Notes: a model not told the origin generated them from the sequence alone. DNA of 64,000 bases from an uncultured delta proteobacterium (GCA_963745835.1 CAVUZH010000013.1:32001-96000); one strand, 5' to 3'. Numbered from the stretch's first letter, positions 19,494 to 29,848 are shown. A program made the numbers and translations.

Positions 19494-20567
19494 CTATTTG
19501 ACCCTTAAAATCTTCTTTACCTGATTCACCACCTCGGCTGGCTGCACCATGATGCGCTCGGCTAAGCTCTGTAGCTCTTCGCCTGAAACCGGCTCAATCA
19601 CCCAGCCGCCTTTCTGTGCCTCGGCAACGAGCTCGGGATCGCCGAGCGCTTTCGCATAGGCGTCGCGGAGTATTTTCACTCGATCCATAGCCGTACCTGG
19701 GGGAGCCATCATCGGGTGACCGAAGCCCTCTCCCGCCGCCAAAACCTCCATAGCTCGGCGGTTGACCTCCGGAGTTTTGTACCGATCCATCAGCTCGAAT
19801 ATAGTCGGCGTCTCTGCGGCGCGCGGATCGCGCTTGCGCCCGGTCTGCAGCAGGTGGCGGTCGAATCCTTTTGCGTGCCACGAAAGAAACGGCTCTCTGC
19901 TAAAGTGTGCTGTCAGTCCAAGATCCCGGCAGACGACCTCACCCCTGACAACAGCCAAATCAACCTCGTTGGCGCCCTGATAACCCAAGACCAATTCGAA
20001 CTTGGCGCCCAACGCTTCTTCCAAAGCGACAATCAGGCTCGAGCTTTCCCAGCCGGTGCCGCCGCACTTGGGCGGAACTTTGCTTTTGATGACATCGTCA
20101 ATGGTCTTATATGGAGTGTCCGCCCTGATATAGAGAATCGCGGGGTTTCGGTCGGGAGAGCCGATCCAGAGAAATCTCCGCATCTGAAATTTGACTTCGT
20201 CGTTGCCGACGAATTCGCCCATGTAGATTTGCTGCGTCGGCATGCCGACCGTGAGACCGTCGGGCTGGGCAAGATTATAAACGTAGTTGGTTGCGATTAC
20301 CGATCCCGCGCCCGGCATCGCCTGGACCACGAAACTCGGATTGCCCAGGATGTATTTCGGCATATAGCGCGCGAGAAGCCGCGCCCAATAGTCATAACCT
20401 CCCGAAGGACCTACGATCACTCTGACCGTTTTACCTTCATAGAAAGGTTTGCTTTGGGCATGGACGGCAACGGGATTTATAAAGTCCAAGTTCGCTATGG
20501 GTCCCAACCAGGTTGCGGTGGAGAGCCAAAGAAACAAAGACAGCAAGACGAATGACTTCGATTTCAC
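19494..20567 (-). CDS. Tripartite tricarboxylate transporter substrate-binding protein (TctC/Bug)
   Basis: FYEGKTVRVIVGPSGGYDYWARL, MPGAGS, PDGLT, GYQG, PPGTAMDRV. Confidence 0.92.
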   Translation of the reverse strand: MKSKSFVLLSLFLWLSTATWLGPIANLDFINPVAVHAQSKPFYEGKTVRVIVGPSGGYDYWARLLARYMPKYILGNPSFVVQAMPGAGSVIATNYVYNLAQPDGLTVGMPTQQIYMGEFVGNDEVKFQMRRFLWIGSPDRNPAILYIRADTPYKTIDDVIKSKVPPKCGGTGWESSSLIVALEEALGAKFELVLGYQGANEVDLAVVRGEVVCRDLGLTAHFSREPFLSWHAKGFDRHLLQTGRKRDPRAAETPTIFELMDRYKTPEVNRRAMEVLAAGEGFGHPMMAPPGTAMDRVKILRDAYAKALGDPELVAEAQKGGWVIEPVSGEELQSLAERIMVQPAEVVNQVKKILRVK

Positions 20568-20590
20568 CAGGCACCTTCTCTCGTTAAAAG

Positions 20591-21238
20591 TTACGGCCGA
20601 CGCGGGTCTTTACCGCTGGCTTCGGGTCCATCGTACACGGTGTCGACCTCGATCATCTCGTAGGATGCGACGAAGCGGTGCTTGTTGTCGCCGGAGTACG
20701 CCTGGCCGCAGTAGTGCGCCGGTCGGAGCTTGTTTAAGATCGCCCAGCCATCGTGATCGATGCAGTCCTCATCGACTGAAGCAGCAACAACCCTCCCGAC
20801 CACCATCAGCCGGGTGCCAAACCACTCCTTGGTCCATTCGACGCGGCATTCAAAATGGCTTTTGTACTCGGCAATGCGCGGCGGCTTTACCACCTTTGAC
20901 GGCAAGGCCGTGAGACCGGCTTTTTCGAGCTCGTTTACTCCGGGGGCAAAAGGCAACCCGAGTGTTCTGACTTTTTCCAGGATCTCGCGATCGAAAGACG
21001 GAATATTGACCACGAACTCGTCCGTTGCGAGAACGTTTCGATAGGTGTCCTTATGCGAGTCGACGCAGAACGCGATGCAGGTGGGCTCGTGATGCACTCT
21101 CACGCAAGTTGCAAAAGATGCCGCGTTGACTCGACCGGCTGGATCGACAGTCGTTATCGATACCACGCAAGCGACCGGGATAAACAGTCTGTCATAGTGC
21201 TCTGCCGGCACATCGACTTTGTTAATGCCAGATTTCAA
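20591..21238 (-). CDS. Flavin reductase-like FMN-binding protein (DIM6/NTAB family)
   Basis: ITTVDPAGRVNAASF, KDTYRNVLATDEFVVNIP, PSKVVKPPRIAE..HFEC; GGAGG before TTG 21238 (alternative 21277). Confidence 0.85.
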   Translation of the reverse strand: MKSGINKVDVPAEHYDRLFIPVACVVSITTVDPAGRVNAASFATCVRVHHEPTCIAFCVDSHKDTYRNVLATDEFVVNIPSFDREILEKVRTLGLPFAPGVNELEKAGLTALPSKVVKPPRIAEYKSHFECRVEWTKEWFGTRLMVVGRVVAASVDEDCIDHDGWAILNKLRPAHYCGQAYSGDNKHRFVASYEMIEVDTVYDGPEASGKDPRRP

Positions 21239-21317
21239 AGTCGCCTCCAATTCGTTTGATTGCGCGATCCTATACAAATTCCATTCGAATTACACGCTTT
21301 CAACTTCTTGGAGCACA

Positions 21318-21370
21318 GGCGTTCAACAGTTCAAGTCGACGGTCGACGAGAATTTCCCGAAATGACGAGA
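21318..21370 (+). repeat. Degenerate remnant of GTTCAA element
   Basis: gcgttcaacagttcaag followed by cgagaatttcccgaaatgacgag. Confidence 0.45.
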
Positions 21371-21505
21371 TAGGCGCAGTGAAGTCACGATCGACTTTGG
21401 ATAGAACTGATTTGACCGGCAGCGGGCAACCTGCTAGGCAGTTCCGGAGAAAAGATCCGTCAGCAAAGCCGCCAAAGAAGCCATACGACACTCTGGAGTC
21501 AGCTC

Positions 21506-22476
21506 ATGAGCTCGGCATTTGAATTTGGACTACTACTACACACCCGCGGCATGCTCGGAGACAAGGATAGCCCGCCGAGCTTCGACGAGCTCTGGGAGGA
21601 CGCCGCTTACGCCGAGCAGATGAACTTCGACCAGATCTGGTTGGGCGACAGCGTCTGCATTCTCAACCGCGCGCGCGGTGACTGTCTGACGACAATGGCG
21701 GCGCTGGCCTGCAAAACCAATCGCATAAAGATCGGCACCGTTCCATTGATCGCCGCTTTGCGCAATCCCGTGTTGTTGGCGCATTCTCTTGCCACGCTTG
21801 ATGTCATATCCAAGGGCAGGATTTCGGTCGCGGTGAGCGTGGCGGGGACGGCGGAGTACAACGAGCGTGAGTTCATCGCCTGTGGCGTGCCGTTTCATCA
21901 AAAAGCCGGGCGCCTGAGCGAATCCATCGTACTCATGCGCCGTCTCTGGTCGGAAAAATCGTTCGCGTTCGACGGCAGATATTATCAGTTCAAGGAAATT
22001 GGCGTGCTCCCCAAACCGATCCAGAAGCCTGGAATTCCGATCTGGATTGCAGCGGCGAAAAATGACAATGCGCTCAGGAGAGTGGCAAAATTCGCTGACG
22101 GCTGGGTAACCATCGCTCACAACCTGGAGGATTTCACGAGCCGTCGTCGAAAGATCGATCTCTATGCCGCCGAGCTCGGTCGCAGACAGGACGTGCGCGG
22201 CTCGTTACTTTTCGCTTCGCTCAATTTGGGCAGAGACGGGCAAGCCGCAAAAGAGGAAGGTTGGAGTTGGATGGAGCGCTTCTTCGGCGGCCGCGCCGGG
22301 AAATTACCAGTCAAGCGACGATCTTCGGCACCGTGAAAGAGTGCGCTGGAAATTCTGCGACCAATATATCGATGCCGGTCTTACCGGCCTGATCATACGC
22401 ATCGCCTCCGCGGATGAGAAAACCCAGATGCAGCGGATTGATCGAAGAGTTGAAGCCGGCTCTATCGGCTCGATGA
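21506..22476 (+). pseudogene. LLM-class (luciferase-like) flavin-dependent oxidoreductase with several 3' frameshifts (pseudogene or sequence error)
   Basis: Intact N-terminal part (FDQIWLGDS, RNPVLLAHSLATLD, PKPIQKPGIPIWIA, ADGW). Tail continues across frames as SQATIFGTVKECA / QYIDAGLTGLIIRIAS / IEELKPALSAR*. Confidence 0.75.
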
Positions 22477-22579
22477 GTAATTTCTTAGTTACCGTCAAGC
22501 GGCTGCATACGTTGGAACGACCTGAGAGAGCGCGTTAATCCAACTCTAAAGCAGTGAATCCGGTTAATTCTCAATCATC

Positions 22580-23647
22580 ATGATCGAGGTACGCAATCTA
22601 CAGAGAATCTTCCATGTCGGGCAGCGGCAAGTAGAGGCACTACGCCGGGTCAATCAGGAAGTCCGCGAAGGAGAATTCCTTGTGCTTCTCGGACCCAGCG
22701 GTTCGGGAAAGACAACATTGCTTCGCTGTATCGCCGGCCTGGAAACTCCCGACGACGGCGAGATTCTCATCTCAGGGCAACCGGTGTTCTCCAAGAAAGA
22801 CCGCATCTATGTGCCGCCCGAAGACCGTCAAATCGGCATGGTGTTTCAATCCTATGCGATCTGGCCCCACATGACCGTATTTGATAACGTCGCCCTGCCC
22901 CTGACCTATGGGCGCAAACGAATCAAAAAACATTTGGTCCGCGATCGAGTTCTCGATGCACTGCATTTGGTTCAGCTCGATGAGCTTGCCGAGCGCCCCT
23001 CGCCACTACTGAGTGGCGGGCAGCAACAACGGGTCGCTCTGGCACGGGCCCTGGCTGTCAACCCCAAGCTCGTCCTCATGGATGAGCCGCTGAGCAACTT
23101 AGACGCGCGGCTGCGGGAAGAAATGCGCGATCAGATCAGAGATCTCGCCAAGCGGCTGAAGATGACCGTGATCTATGTTACTCATGACCAAGTCGAAGCC
23201 ATGGTCGTAGCCGATCGGATTGCGGTGATGAGTCTGGGATCGATCATTTCGATTGGCTCGCCGGAGGCGCTCTACGACGGCCCCGCCAATAGAACGGTCG
23301 CCGAGTTCTTCGGCTCGATCAATTGGCTGGAAGCAGAGGTTGTTACACGGGGTGTTTTGCAAACAAAAATGGGCAAGCTTTTGTGGGATGACGATGGCAT
23401 AACAGGAACGATCGGCATGGTCGGACTTCGCCCCGAGGACATCGAATTGGGCGGCCGTGCCGCCGCCGGACAGGACAATGCGTTTTCAGGCAGCATCGTG
23501 TCGCGGACTTTTCTGGGCGACCTCAACGTTTACGATGTCCAAATCGGCGGCGTGAACCTAAAAATTAAAACCATGCAAAAGGGCGAGCTGGAAAATCCGA
23601 TCAATGTCAGAATTCCAAAGGAGCGGGTTAAGTTTTTCGCGACATGA
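22580..23647 (+). CDS. ABC transporter ATP-binding protein (FbpC/PotA-like)
   Basis: GPSGSGKTT, LSGGQQQRV, MDEPLSNLD, YVTHDQ; paralog of 7518-8618. Confidence 0.95.
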   Translation: MIEVRNLQRIFHVGQRQVEALRRVNQEVREGEFLVLLGPSGSGKTTLLRCIAGLETPDDGEILISGQPVFSKKDRIYVPPEDRQIGMVFQSYAIWPHMTVFDNVALPLTYGRKRIKKHLVRDRVLDALHLVQLDELAERPSPLLSGGQQQRVALARALAVNPKLVLMDEPLSNLDARLREEMRDQIRDLAKRLKMTVIYVTHDQVEAMVVADRIAVMSLGSIISIGSPEALYDGPANRTVAEFFGSINWLEAEVVTRGVLQTKMGKLLWDDDGITGTIGMVGLRPEDIELGGRAAAGQDNAFSGSIVSRTFLGDLNVYDVQIGGVNLKIKTMQKGELENPINVRIPKERVKFFAT

Positions 23648-23697
23648 CGGCAAACGTGAATCGTTGGTTGTTGATATAGATACTACGAGGAGCAAAT

Positions 23698-24894
23698 ATG
23701 GCACAACAGAATTTAATTCCCCTACCGTCCCTGATGGAACGCGATCGGCGCTATAAAAATGTCCGCGAACGGATGGCGCGGGAAGGACTCGACGTCTTGT
23801 TGCTGCCGGCAAATCACAGCCGGTGGGAACAGATGATGGCGGATTCGCGGTATCTAAGCGGCATCGGCGGATTTGCGACGGAGGTTTTTACTGTTTTTCC
23901 CGCCGAAGGCGATCCAACCGCCTACGTTTTCAACCGGGCCGGCTGGTGGAAACAAGCGCAGAACTGGACCGCCGACGTTCGCGATGGGCGAAATCGCTGG
24001 GCGCAAAACGCCATCGAGAAACTCAACGAGCTCGGGTTCAAAAAAGGCAGGATAGGAATCTCCGGACTGGCGGGCTTGGTCCGCGCTCCCGAGGGGATTA
24101 TTTCCTATTCCACCGTGGAGGCGATTCGCCAGGCATTTCCGGACAGCGAAATCGTCAATGCCACGGTGCTCATGCAGGAGGCCCGCGCTCTCAAGAGCGA
24201 CGAAGAGATCGCCTTTTTACAACGTTCGATGGATATCATCGAGGAGATGATTCGCACCATGAAGGAAAGCGCGCGGCCGGGCGTGACGGAAAAGGACCTT
24301 TACGCGGAGATGATCCATACCATGTTGCGCCATGACGGCGAGCTGCCGACTTTGTTTTTTCTCGGCACCGGGCCGCAAGCCACACAGAGTACTTTTGTCC
24401 CGACCACCCGGGTCATTCAAGACGGCGATCGTGTGGTCAATGAAATCGAAGCCAAAGTCGGCGGCTACGCCGCGCAGGCGGTCTGTCCGATGGTCGTGGG
24501 CCGAGCTAAAGACAACTACGAAGAGATGGTCGACCTTTCCGCCACCTGCTTTCATGCGATTTTGCAGCAGATGCGCCCGGGCGTGACCTTCGGCACGCTG
24601 TTCGATACCTATCAAAAAACCGTACAGGAAAACGGCAAGGACATGTACCGCTGGAGTCATCCGATGATGCATTCGCGAGGACTCGGCGACGACGCCCCGG
24701 CGCTCATGGGGGATAAGGATTTGGAACGTCTGGCGCAACGCCAACTGGAAAAAGGCATGGCGTTCATCTTAAAGCCTCGGGTCCGGCATGCCTCCGGTAA
24801 AGGAAGCGCCAGCATCGGTGACACGGTGGTGGTCGAACAGAACGGCGCGCGACGACTGGGACGGAGAGAAATGAAGCTGATGGTAGCCGAGTAA
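23698..24894 (+). CDS. M24/creatinase-like (pita-bread fold) hydrolase, metal ligands substituted
   Basis: Creatinase-N-like domain, ARALKSDEEI, RPGVTE, HSRGLG, ILKP, SIGDTVVV. Confidence 0.85.
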   Translation: MAQQNLIPLPSLMERDRRYKNVRERMAREGLDVLLLPANHSRWEQMMADSRYLSGIGGFATEVFTVFPAEGDPTAYVFNRAGWWKQAQNWTADVRDGRNRWAQNAIEKLNELGFKKGRIGISGLAGLVRAPEGIISYSTVEAIRQAFPDSEIVNATVLMQEARALKSDEEIAFLQRSMDIIEEMIRTMKESARPGVTEKDLYAEMIHTMLRHDGELPTLFFLGTGPQATQSTFVPTTRVIQDGDRVVNEIEAKVGGYAAQAVCPMVVGRAKDNYEEMVDLSATCFHAILQQMRPGVTFGTLFDTYQKTVQENGKDMYRWSHPMMHSRGLGDDAPALMGDKDLERLAQRQLEKGMAFILKPRVRHASGKGSASIGDTVVVEQNGARRLGRREMKLMVAE

Positions 24895-24904
24895 CAGCTC
24901 GACC

Positions 24905-25846
24905 ATGGCACTTTTACTCGCACGATCTGAAATCACCAAGCTGCTCGACCTGCGCTCGGCGATGCGGATTCTCGAGCGCGTCTATCACGACCAAGCCCAG
25001 GGTGGCATCGACGCCGTCCCGCCGCTTCGGCTCATGAATCGAGGGATCAGGCTGGTGGCCGGGCGATTGAATTTGCAGAACCGGGTCGGTGTTCGACTGA
25101 GCGTGACCGGCAGCAGAGCACTGGCGCTGATTTTTGAGATCGAGTCCGGCAAACTCTTGGCGATCATGGGCTACCCGTTCAGCAATCTGCGCATCGGCGC
25201 GACGGTCGGCTTGGCAATGGAGCGGCTGGTCAAACCCGGAATCAAAAAAGTCGGCCTGATCGGCAGCGGCGCCATCGCTCCCTGGCTGCTTCGTACCGCC
25301 GTGAGTCTTCGACCCATCGAAGAGATCAGAGTTTTTAGCAGGAGCGCCGAAAGGCGCCAGAAGTTTACCGCCGACATGACCCGAGAGTTGAATGTCACGG
25401 TAATGCCGGTAAACCGCCCCGAGGATGCCATTGAGAACGCCGAAATTATCTTCGTCAGCACCAACTCCCCTGGGCCCGCATTGCTCGGCAAATGGTTGAA
25501 ACCGGGAGTGCCTGTCATCGGTACTGGGCGGCCTAACGAATTCGATGACGACGTTTATCTGAGAGCCAAATTAATTGTCGTCACTTCCAAGGAACATGAA
25601 CTGGGTTATTACGACAAGGAGCTCGATAAGCCTTTACTCAGGCTCGCAAGCGAAGGCCGAATCAATTGGAACGAAGTCACCGAGCTCGGACAGATCATTG
25701 CGGGTCAAATCCACGTCGAACTCAACGCCACTGATATCTACGTCTTGCGCGAGTCACAGGGCGGTTACAGCGATGTCGCCCTTGCCGCTTGGGTGTTTCA
25801 AGAAGCGGTGCGACAAAAACTTGGACAGAGTTTTGCCTTCGATTAA
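24905..25846 (+). CDS. Ornithine cyclodeaminase/mu-crystallin family protein
   Basis: ESGKLLAIM..LRIGA, GLIGSGAIA, VFSRSAERR, ELGQIIAG, SQGG..DVALA. Confidence 0.85.
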   Translation: MALLLARSEITKLLDLRSAMRILERVYHDQAQGGIDAVPPLRLMNRGIRLVAGRLNLQNRVGVRLSVTGSRALALIFEIESGKLLAIMGYPFSNLRIGATVGLAMERLVKPGIKKVGLIGSGAIAPWLLRTAVSLRPIEEIRVFSRSAERRQKFTADMTRELNVTVMPVNRPEDAIENAEIIFVSTNSPGPALLGKWLKPGVPVIGTGRPNEFDDDVYLRAKLIVVTSKEHELGYYDKELDKPLLRLASEGRINWNEVTELGQIIAGQIHVELNATDIYVLRESQGGYSDVALAAWVFQEAVRQKLGQSFAFD

Positions 25847-25924
25847 TGGTCGCGCGTGTCGTGAGCCGACTAAACGATGAACCATTATCTGCACTGTAAT
25901 GGATCGGATTAAATGGAGGCGGTT

Positions 25925-27052
25925 ATGAAGTTCTATGCCCGATCACGGAAAATTTTTCTCCTAATGCCGCCGGCTCTCGTGTTCCTTCAGCTCGCCTTAG
26001 TAGCGCACGCTAGCCAACCCGGAGAGGCGAGAACCCCGGCATTGCAGCAATTGATCGAGGCGGCAAAAGCCGAGGGCGGCCGGTTCATTGCGGATGCAGT
26101 CATCGACGATGCTCGCGGCCGTAAAGAAGCGGAAATTGCCATAGAGAAGCTATTTGGTTTCAAGGTCATTTGGGAAGCCGTCGATCTAATGAACCAGAAC
26201 CAGTTTGCCTCGCGGCTGTTGAAAGAAAATCAAGCCGGCAGGCAGCCGTCGACGGATGTTTTCAACGGAACACAATCTACTATTCCGCGGCTGATGCAAA
26301 GCAACGCCCTCGAATCCGTCGACAATTGGCAGGCGTTGCTGCCGAGAATCCCCAAGGAAGCGATTGTCAGCGGTGGCGGCGCGCTCGCGGAACGCACAAG
26401 AATCGGCGGCTTCGCATACAACACCAACCTGGTTCCGGCCAATAAAGTGCCAAGAAAAATGGACGATTTTTTGGATCCGTTTTGGAAGGGGAAACTGGCA
26501 TCGACCACCTATGCCGCGGTATGGGATCGCGCCGGGGTTAGGCAAGACGGCACGTATGACGCCGAAAAGGCCCAACGCATAGCCGATCTATTGACCAAAC
26601 TCGTCAAGGAGAAGCACATCGTCGGGATTCTTCGTTGCGGTGACGAGAGCCGAATTTCCAGCGGCGAGTTCGCCGGATTGGCGTTGTTGTGCAGTCAGGA
26701 CACCGTAGATCTGGCCCGGCGTAAAGGCGCGCCGATCCAAATGGCATTTCTCGAGGAAACCAGCAACCTGACGCATTCCTATCTAGGGCTTATGAAGAAG
26801 GCTAAGTATCCCAACACGGCCAAGCTGTTTATGGTTTTCATCCAGACCGCGGAAGGGCAAGCCTTGCTGCGCAAATGGGAGGCTACGGACACCAGCTTCT
26901 ATCCGGAAAATGACATGTACAAACTGGTTCAGAGCTTGAAGAAAAAAAACGTCGACCCGCCTTATATCGACATTCCTGCATACTTGAAAGCCAGGGACGA
27001 AGTCGAAAAATGGAAGGACGTCTATCAGCGGATTCTCATCGGGCAGAAATAA
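25925..27052 (+). CDS. ABC transporter extracellular solute-binding protein
   Basis: LIEAAKAEG, FAYNTNLV..PRKMDDFLDPFWKG, AKYPNTAKLF; GGAGG at 25915. Confidence 0.88.
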   Translation: MKFYARSRKIFLLMPPALVFLQLALVAHASQPGEARTPALQQLIEAAKAEGGRFIADAVIDDARGRKEAEIAIEKLFGFKVIWEAVDLMNQNQFASRLLKENQAGRQPSTDVFNGTQSTIPRLMQSNALESVDNWQALLPRIPKEAIVSGGGALAERTRIGGFAYNTNLVPANKVPRKMDDFLDPFWKGKLASTTYAAVWDRAGVRQDGTYDAEKAQRIADLLTKLVKEKHIVGILRCGDESRISSGEFAGLALLCSQDTVDLARRKGAPIQMAFLEETSNLTHSYLGLMKKAKYPNTAKLFMVFIQTAEGQALLRKWEATDTSFYPENDMYKLVQSLKKKNVDPPYIDIPAYLKARDEVEKWKDVYQRILIGQK

Positions 27053-27140
27053 CGCTACGGATTCATGACGACTCATTTGAATGAATCGGAACACCAATCC
27101 TTTCAGGATGCCATCGTCGAGCCGTGATAGAGAATAACAA

Positions 27141-28892
27141 GTGGAATCGGTTTTAAGATCGGTAAGAGCGCTGATGCCTACGGCGCGCGGCAGCGAACTT
27201 CTGACAGCGCGCTCGACCCTTCTGTTTGCCAGCGCAGCGATTCTCTCGACCGTTCTATTGTTGCTCCTTATCGTCCTGGTGATCGCTTTCCAGGATCCAG
27301 TCGATTCGTCGATTTACACGCTGAAAAATTTCCGCCTGCTCTACCTGGAGCCGTTCGTCTATCATACCCTGCTCAATACCGCCGGTTTTACACTGGTGAG
27401 CACGGTGACCGCGTTATTCTTCGCGGTGCCGATTGCCTGGTTTGCCGAGCGCACCGATCTGCCGGGGCGGAGCACGATATTTCCGTTGATGATGGCCAGC
27501 ACGATACTGCCGGGGCTCTTTGGCGCGCTCGGTTGGCTGTTCATGTTCCATCCGCGGATCGGCACGATCAACCGCTGGTTGGTCGATGCCTTGCCGTTCT
27601 TCGAAAACGCTCCGATCAATATTCTGTCGATTCCGGGAATGGGGTTTATTTCCGGGCTGGGCATGTCTTCGCTCGCCTTTATTATGCTGGCGGCGACCTT
27701 CCGGGCTATGGATCCCGCGCTCGAGGAAAGCGCGCAGGTTCACGGTCTTGGTTTCGTGCACCGGTTTTGGAAAGTCACCCTACCGTTGATGTGGCCCGGA
27801 ATACTCGCGGTGGCGATTTACATCTCGACGATTGGACTGGCATCTTTCGACGTGCCGGCAATCATCGGCATGGCCAATCGGATTTTCACCTTCAGCACTT
27901 TCGTCTACATCCACGCAAATCCCGAAGACGGTCCACCGAATTTCGGTATTGTCGGCGCCGCCAGCGTGCTCATGATTCTCGTCGCCCTCATTCTCAGCTG
28001 GCTCTATGTTCGGGTCATCAAGCAATCTCATAAGTACAGTGTCGTGACCGGAAAAAATTATCGTCCTAGAATCGTTGAGCTTGGTCGCTGGTGGATCGTT
28101 GGCTGGGTATTTATCGCGGCGAAACTTCTGCTCGGCGTCGTGCTGCCGCTCCTGACCTTGATCTGGGCCTCGTTGATTCCCTATTTCCAGCCGTTCTCGA
28201 TTTCGGCGCTGGATCTGGTTTCTTTGGAAAACTTTTATCGGATCCCATGGGACCGATTTTGGCAGGCGGCCACAAACACCGCGATATTGACGCTGGTCGT
28301 CCCCACTCTACTCGTGCTGATAGGGTTGGTGATCTCGTGGGTCGTGATCCGCTCCGGATCGAAATATGCCGGGCTGATCGATACGGCGGCGTTTATGCCG
28401 CACGCGGTTCCGAATCTCATTTTTTCCGTCGCCCTTTTAGTCGTCGCGCTCTTCTGGCTGCCGGAGTTCATTCCGTTTTACAACACGATTTATATTCTCA
28501 TTGCCAGCTTCGTCATCGCCCGCATCAGCTTCCCGACGCGGGTCTATAACAATGCGCTGCTGCAGATTCACAAAGAGCTCGACGAAGCGGCTTACGTTTC
28601 CGGACTCGGCACCCTCCGGGTGTTGCGCCATGTGCTGATTCCGCTGCTGCGGCCGGCCACGGTCTACGCATGGATCTGGATGGCGCTACTGTCCTACCGG
28701 GAGCTGACTCTCGCCGCCTTTTTAACCGGACGGGAGAATCAAACCCTGCCGACGCTGATCCTGGGCCTGGTATCGGCCGGGCAGGCCACCATCGCCGCGG
28801 CAGTCTCGCTGCTATTGTTTATTTTCATGATTCCGCTGGTGGTTTTATACTTCTTGTTTGGCCGGCGGAGTTTTCAGGTAGGCGATCATTAA
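27141..28892 (+). CDS. ABC transporter permease (FbpB-like)
   Basis: ERTDLPGR, MDPALEESA, IHKELDEAAYVSG; multiple TM segments. Confidence 0.92.
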   Translation: MESVLRSVRALMPTARGSELLTARSTLLFASAAILSTVLLLLLIVLVIAFQDPVDSSIYTLKNFRLLYLEPFVYHTLLNTAGFTLVSTVTALFFAVPIAWFAERTDLPGRSTIFPLMMASTILPGLFGALGWLFMFHPRIGTINRWLVDALPFFENAPINILSIPGMGFISGLGMSSLAFIMLAATFRAMDPALEESAQVHGLGFVHRFWKVTLPLMWPGILAVAIYISTIGLASFDVPAIIGMANRIFTFSTFVYIHANPEDGPPNFGIVGAASVLMILVALILSWLYVRVIKQSHKYSVVTGKNYRPRIVELGRWWIVGWVFIAAKLLLGVVLPLLTLIWASLIPYFQPFSISALDLVSLENFYRIPWDRFWQAATNTAILTLVVPTLLVLIGLVISWVVIRSGSKYAGLIDTAAFMPHAVPNLIFSVALLVVALFWLPEFIPFYNTIYILIASFVIARISFPTRVYNNALLQIHKELDEAAYVSGLGTLRVLRHVLIPLLRPATVYAWIWMALLSYRELTLAAFLTGRENQTLPTLILGLVSAGQATIAAAVSLLLFIFMIPLVVLYFLFGRRSFQVGDH

Positions 28893-28963
28893 TCACGAGA
28901 AAGAGCGCTGTCACGAATAGTGAATCCATGTTAGAGCGCAATAAACTTCAAGAGAGGTGAGTT

Positions 28964-29377
28964 ATGGCGAATATCAGAACGTTTGATCATTGCGGTTTTG
29001 TCGTCGAGGATATTCCAAGATCGCATCAGTTCTACAACACGCTTCTTGGCGCGAAGCCCTTGCACATTCAGAATCTCAATACCCAGCGACTTTACCAGGG
29101 CGGCTTTCCGGTCATGTCGTTCGTCGAAATGGGCGGCCACCGCTTCGAGCTGTGTCTGGCTCAGGAACCGCTGCCGAAAGTCGAAGGCGCCGGCACTATG
29201 CCACGCATCGGATTTTCACTGAGTGATGAGATGATGGACCAGATGATGCAACAACTTGATGCGAACAAAATCCCGCACGAGGGCCCGATCGACTATCCTG
29301 ATCCGGTACCTTTTAAGCGCACGATAAGAGTCTGGGATCCTGACGGCAACACGCTGGAATTCTGTGTGCGGCGATAA
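28964..29377 (+). CDS. VOC family protein
   Basis: FDHCGFVVEDI..FYNTLLG, WDPDGNTLEF. Confidence 0.82.
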   Translation: MANIRTFDHCGFVVEDIPRSHQFYNTLLGAKPLHIQNLNTQRLYQGGFPVMSFVEMGGHRFELCLAQEPLPKVEGAGTMPRIGFSLSDEMMDQMMQQLDANKIPHEGPIDYPDPVPFKRTIRVWDPDGNTLEFCVRR

Positions 29378-29388
29378 CGGAGGTTTTC

Positions 29389-29844
29389 ATGATTCAATAC
29401 CAGGACATCAGCCATCTGGCGATGGAAGTGACCGATCTGGATGGGGCGGAACAGTTTTATGGCAAGGCCTTGGGTATGGAGACGGTCTGCCGCGACAACG
29501 GCGAGCTCGGCCAAGGCCGACTGGTGATGAAAAACGCAACCGGCCAGTTTTTGCTTCTCGAAAAAGTAAACAAGCTCTCTCAGCGATCCCGTTTCTGCGG
29601 CCCTGACGTGAATAAAGTGCCGGACCCCGGCGAGGGATTCCGTTACAAGGGCGCCCATCTCGCGATGAGCGTCGGCTCGCTTGAGGAATACGACCAGGTC
29701 TACAACAGATTGGAAGATAGCGGCGCTTACCTGGAGGGCGATTTACGCGCGGCGCATCGCAAGCCGGGCGAGAAGAGCGTCTACTTTTACGATCCGTTCG
29801 GCAATCGACTTCAGCTCATTATCTTGCCGCCGGCCCAGTCGTGA
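29389..29844 (+). CDS. VOC family protein
   Basis: ISHLAMEVTDL..FYGKALG, AHLAM, YFYDPFGNRLQL. Confidence 0.82.
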   Translation: MIQYQDISHLAMEVTDLDGAEQFYGKALGMETVCRDNGELGQGRLVMKNATGQFLLLEKVNKLSQRSRFCGPDVNKVPDPGEGFRYKGAHLAMSVGSLEEYDQVYNRLEDSGAYLEGDLRAAHRKPGEKSVYFYDPFGNRLQLIILPPAQS

Positions 29845-29848
29845 TGGC

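Noticed and set aside
23698-25846. Naming these genes eutD/eutC (and 44983 eutA)
   Set aside because: Only fold-level similarity; eutB/eutE and ectoine-type transporters are absent
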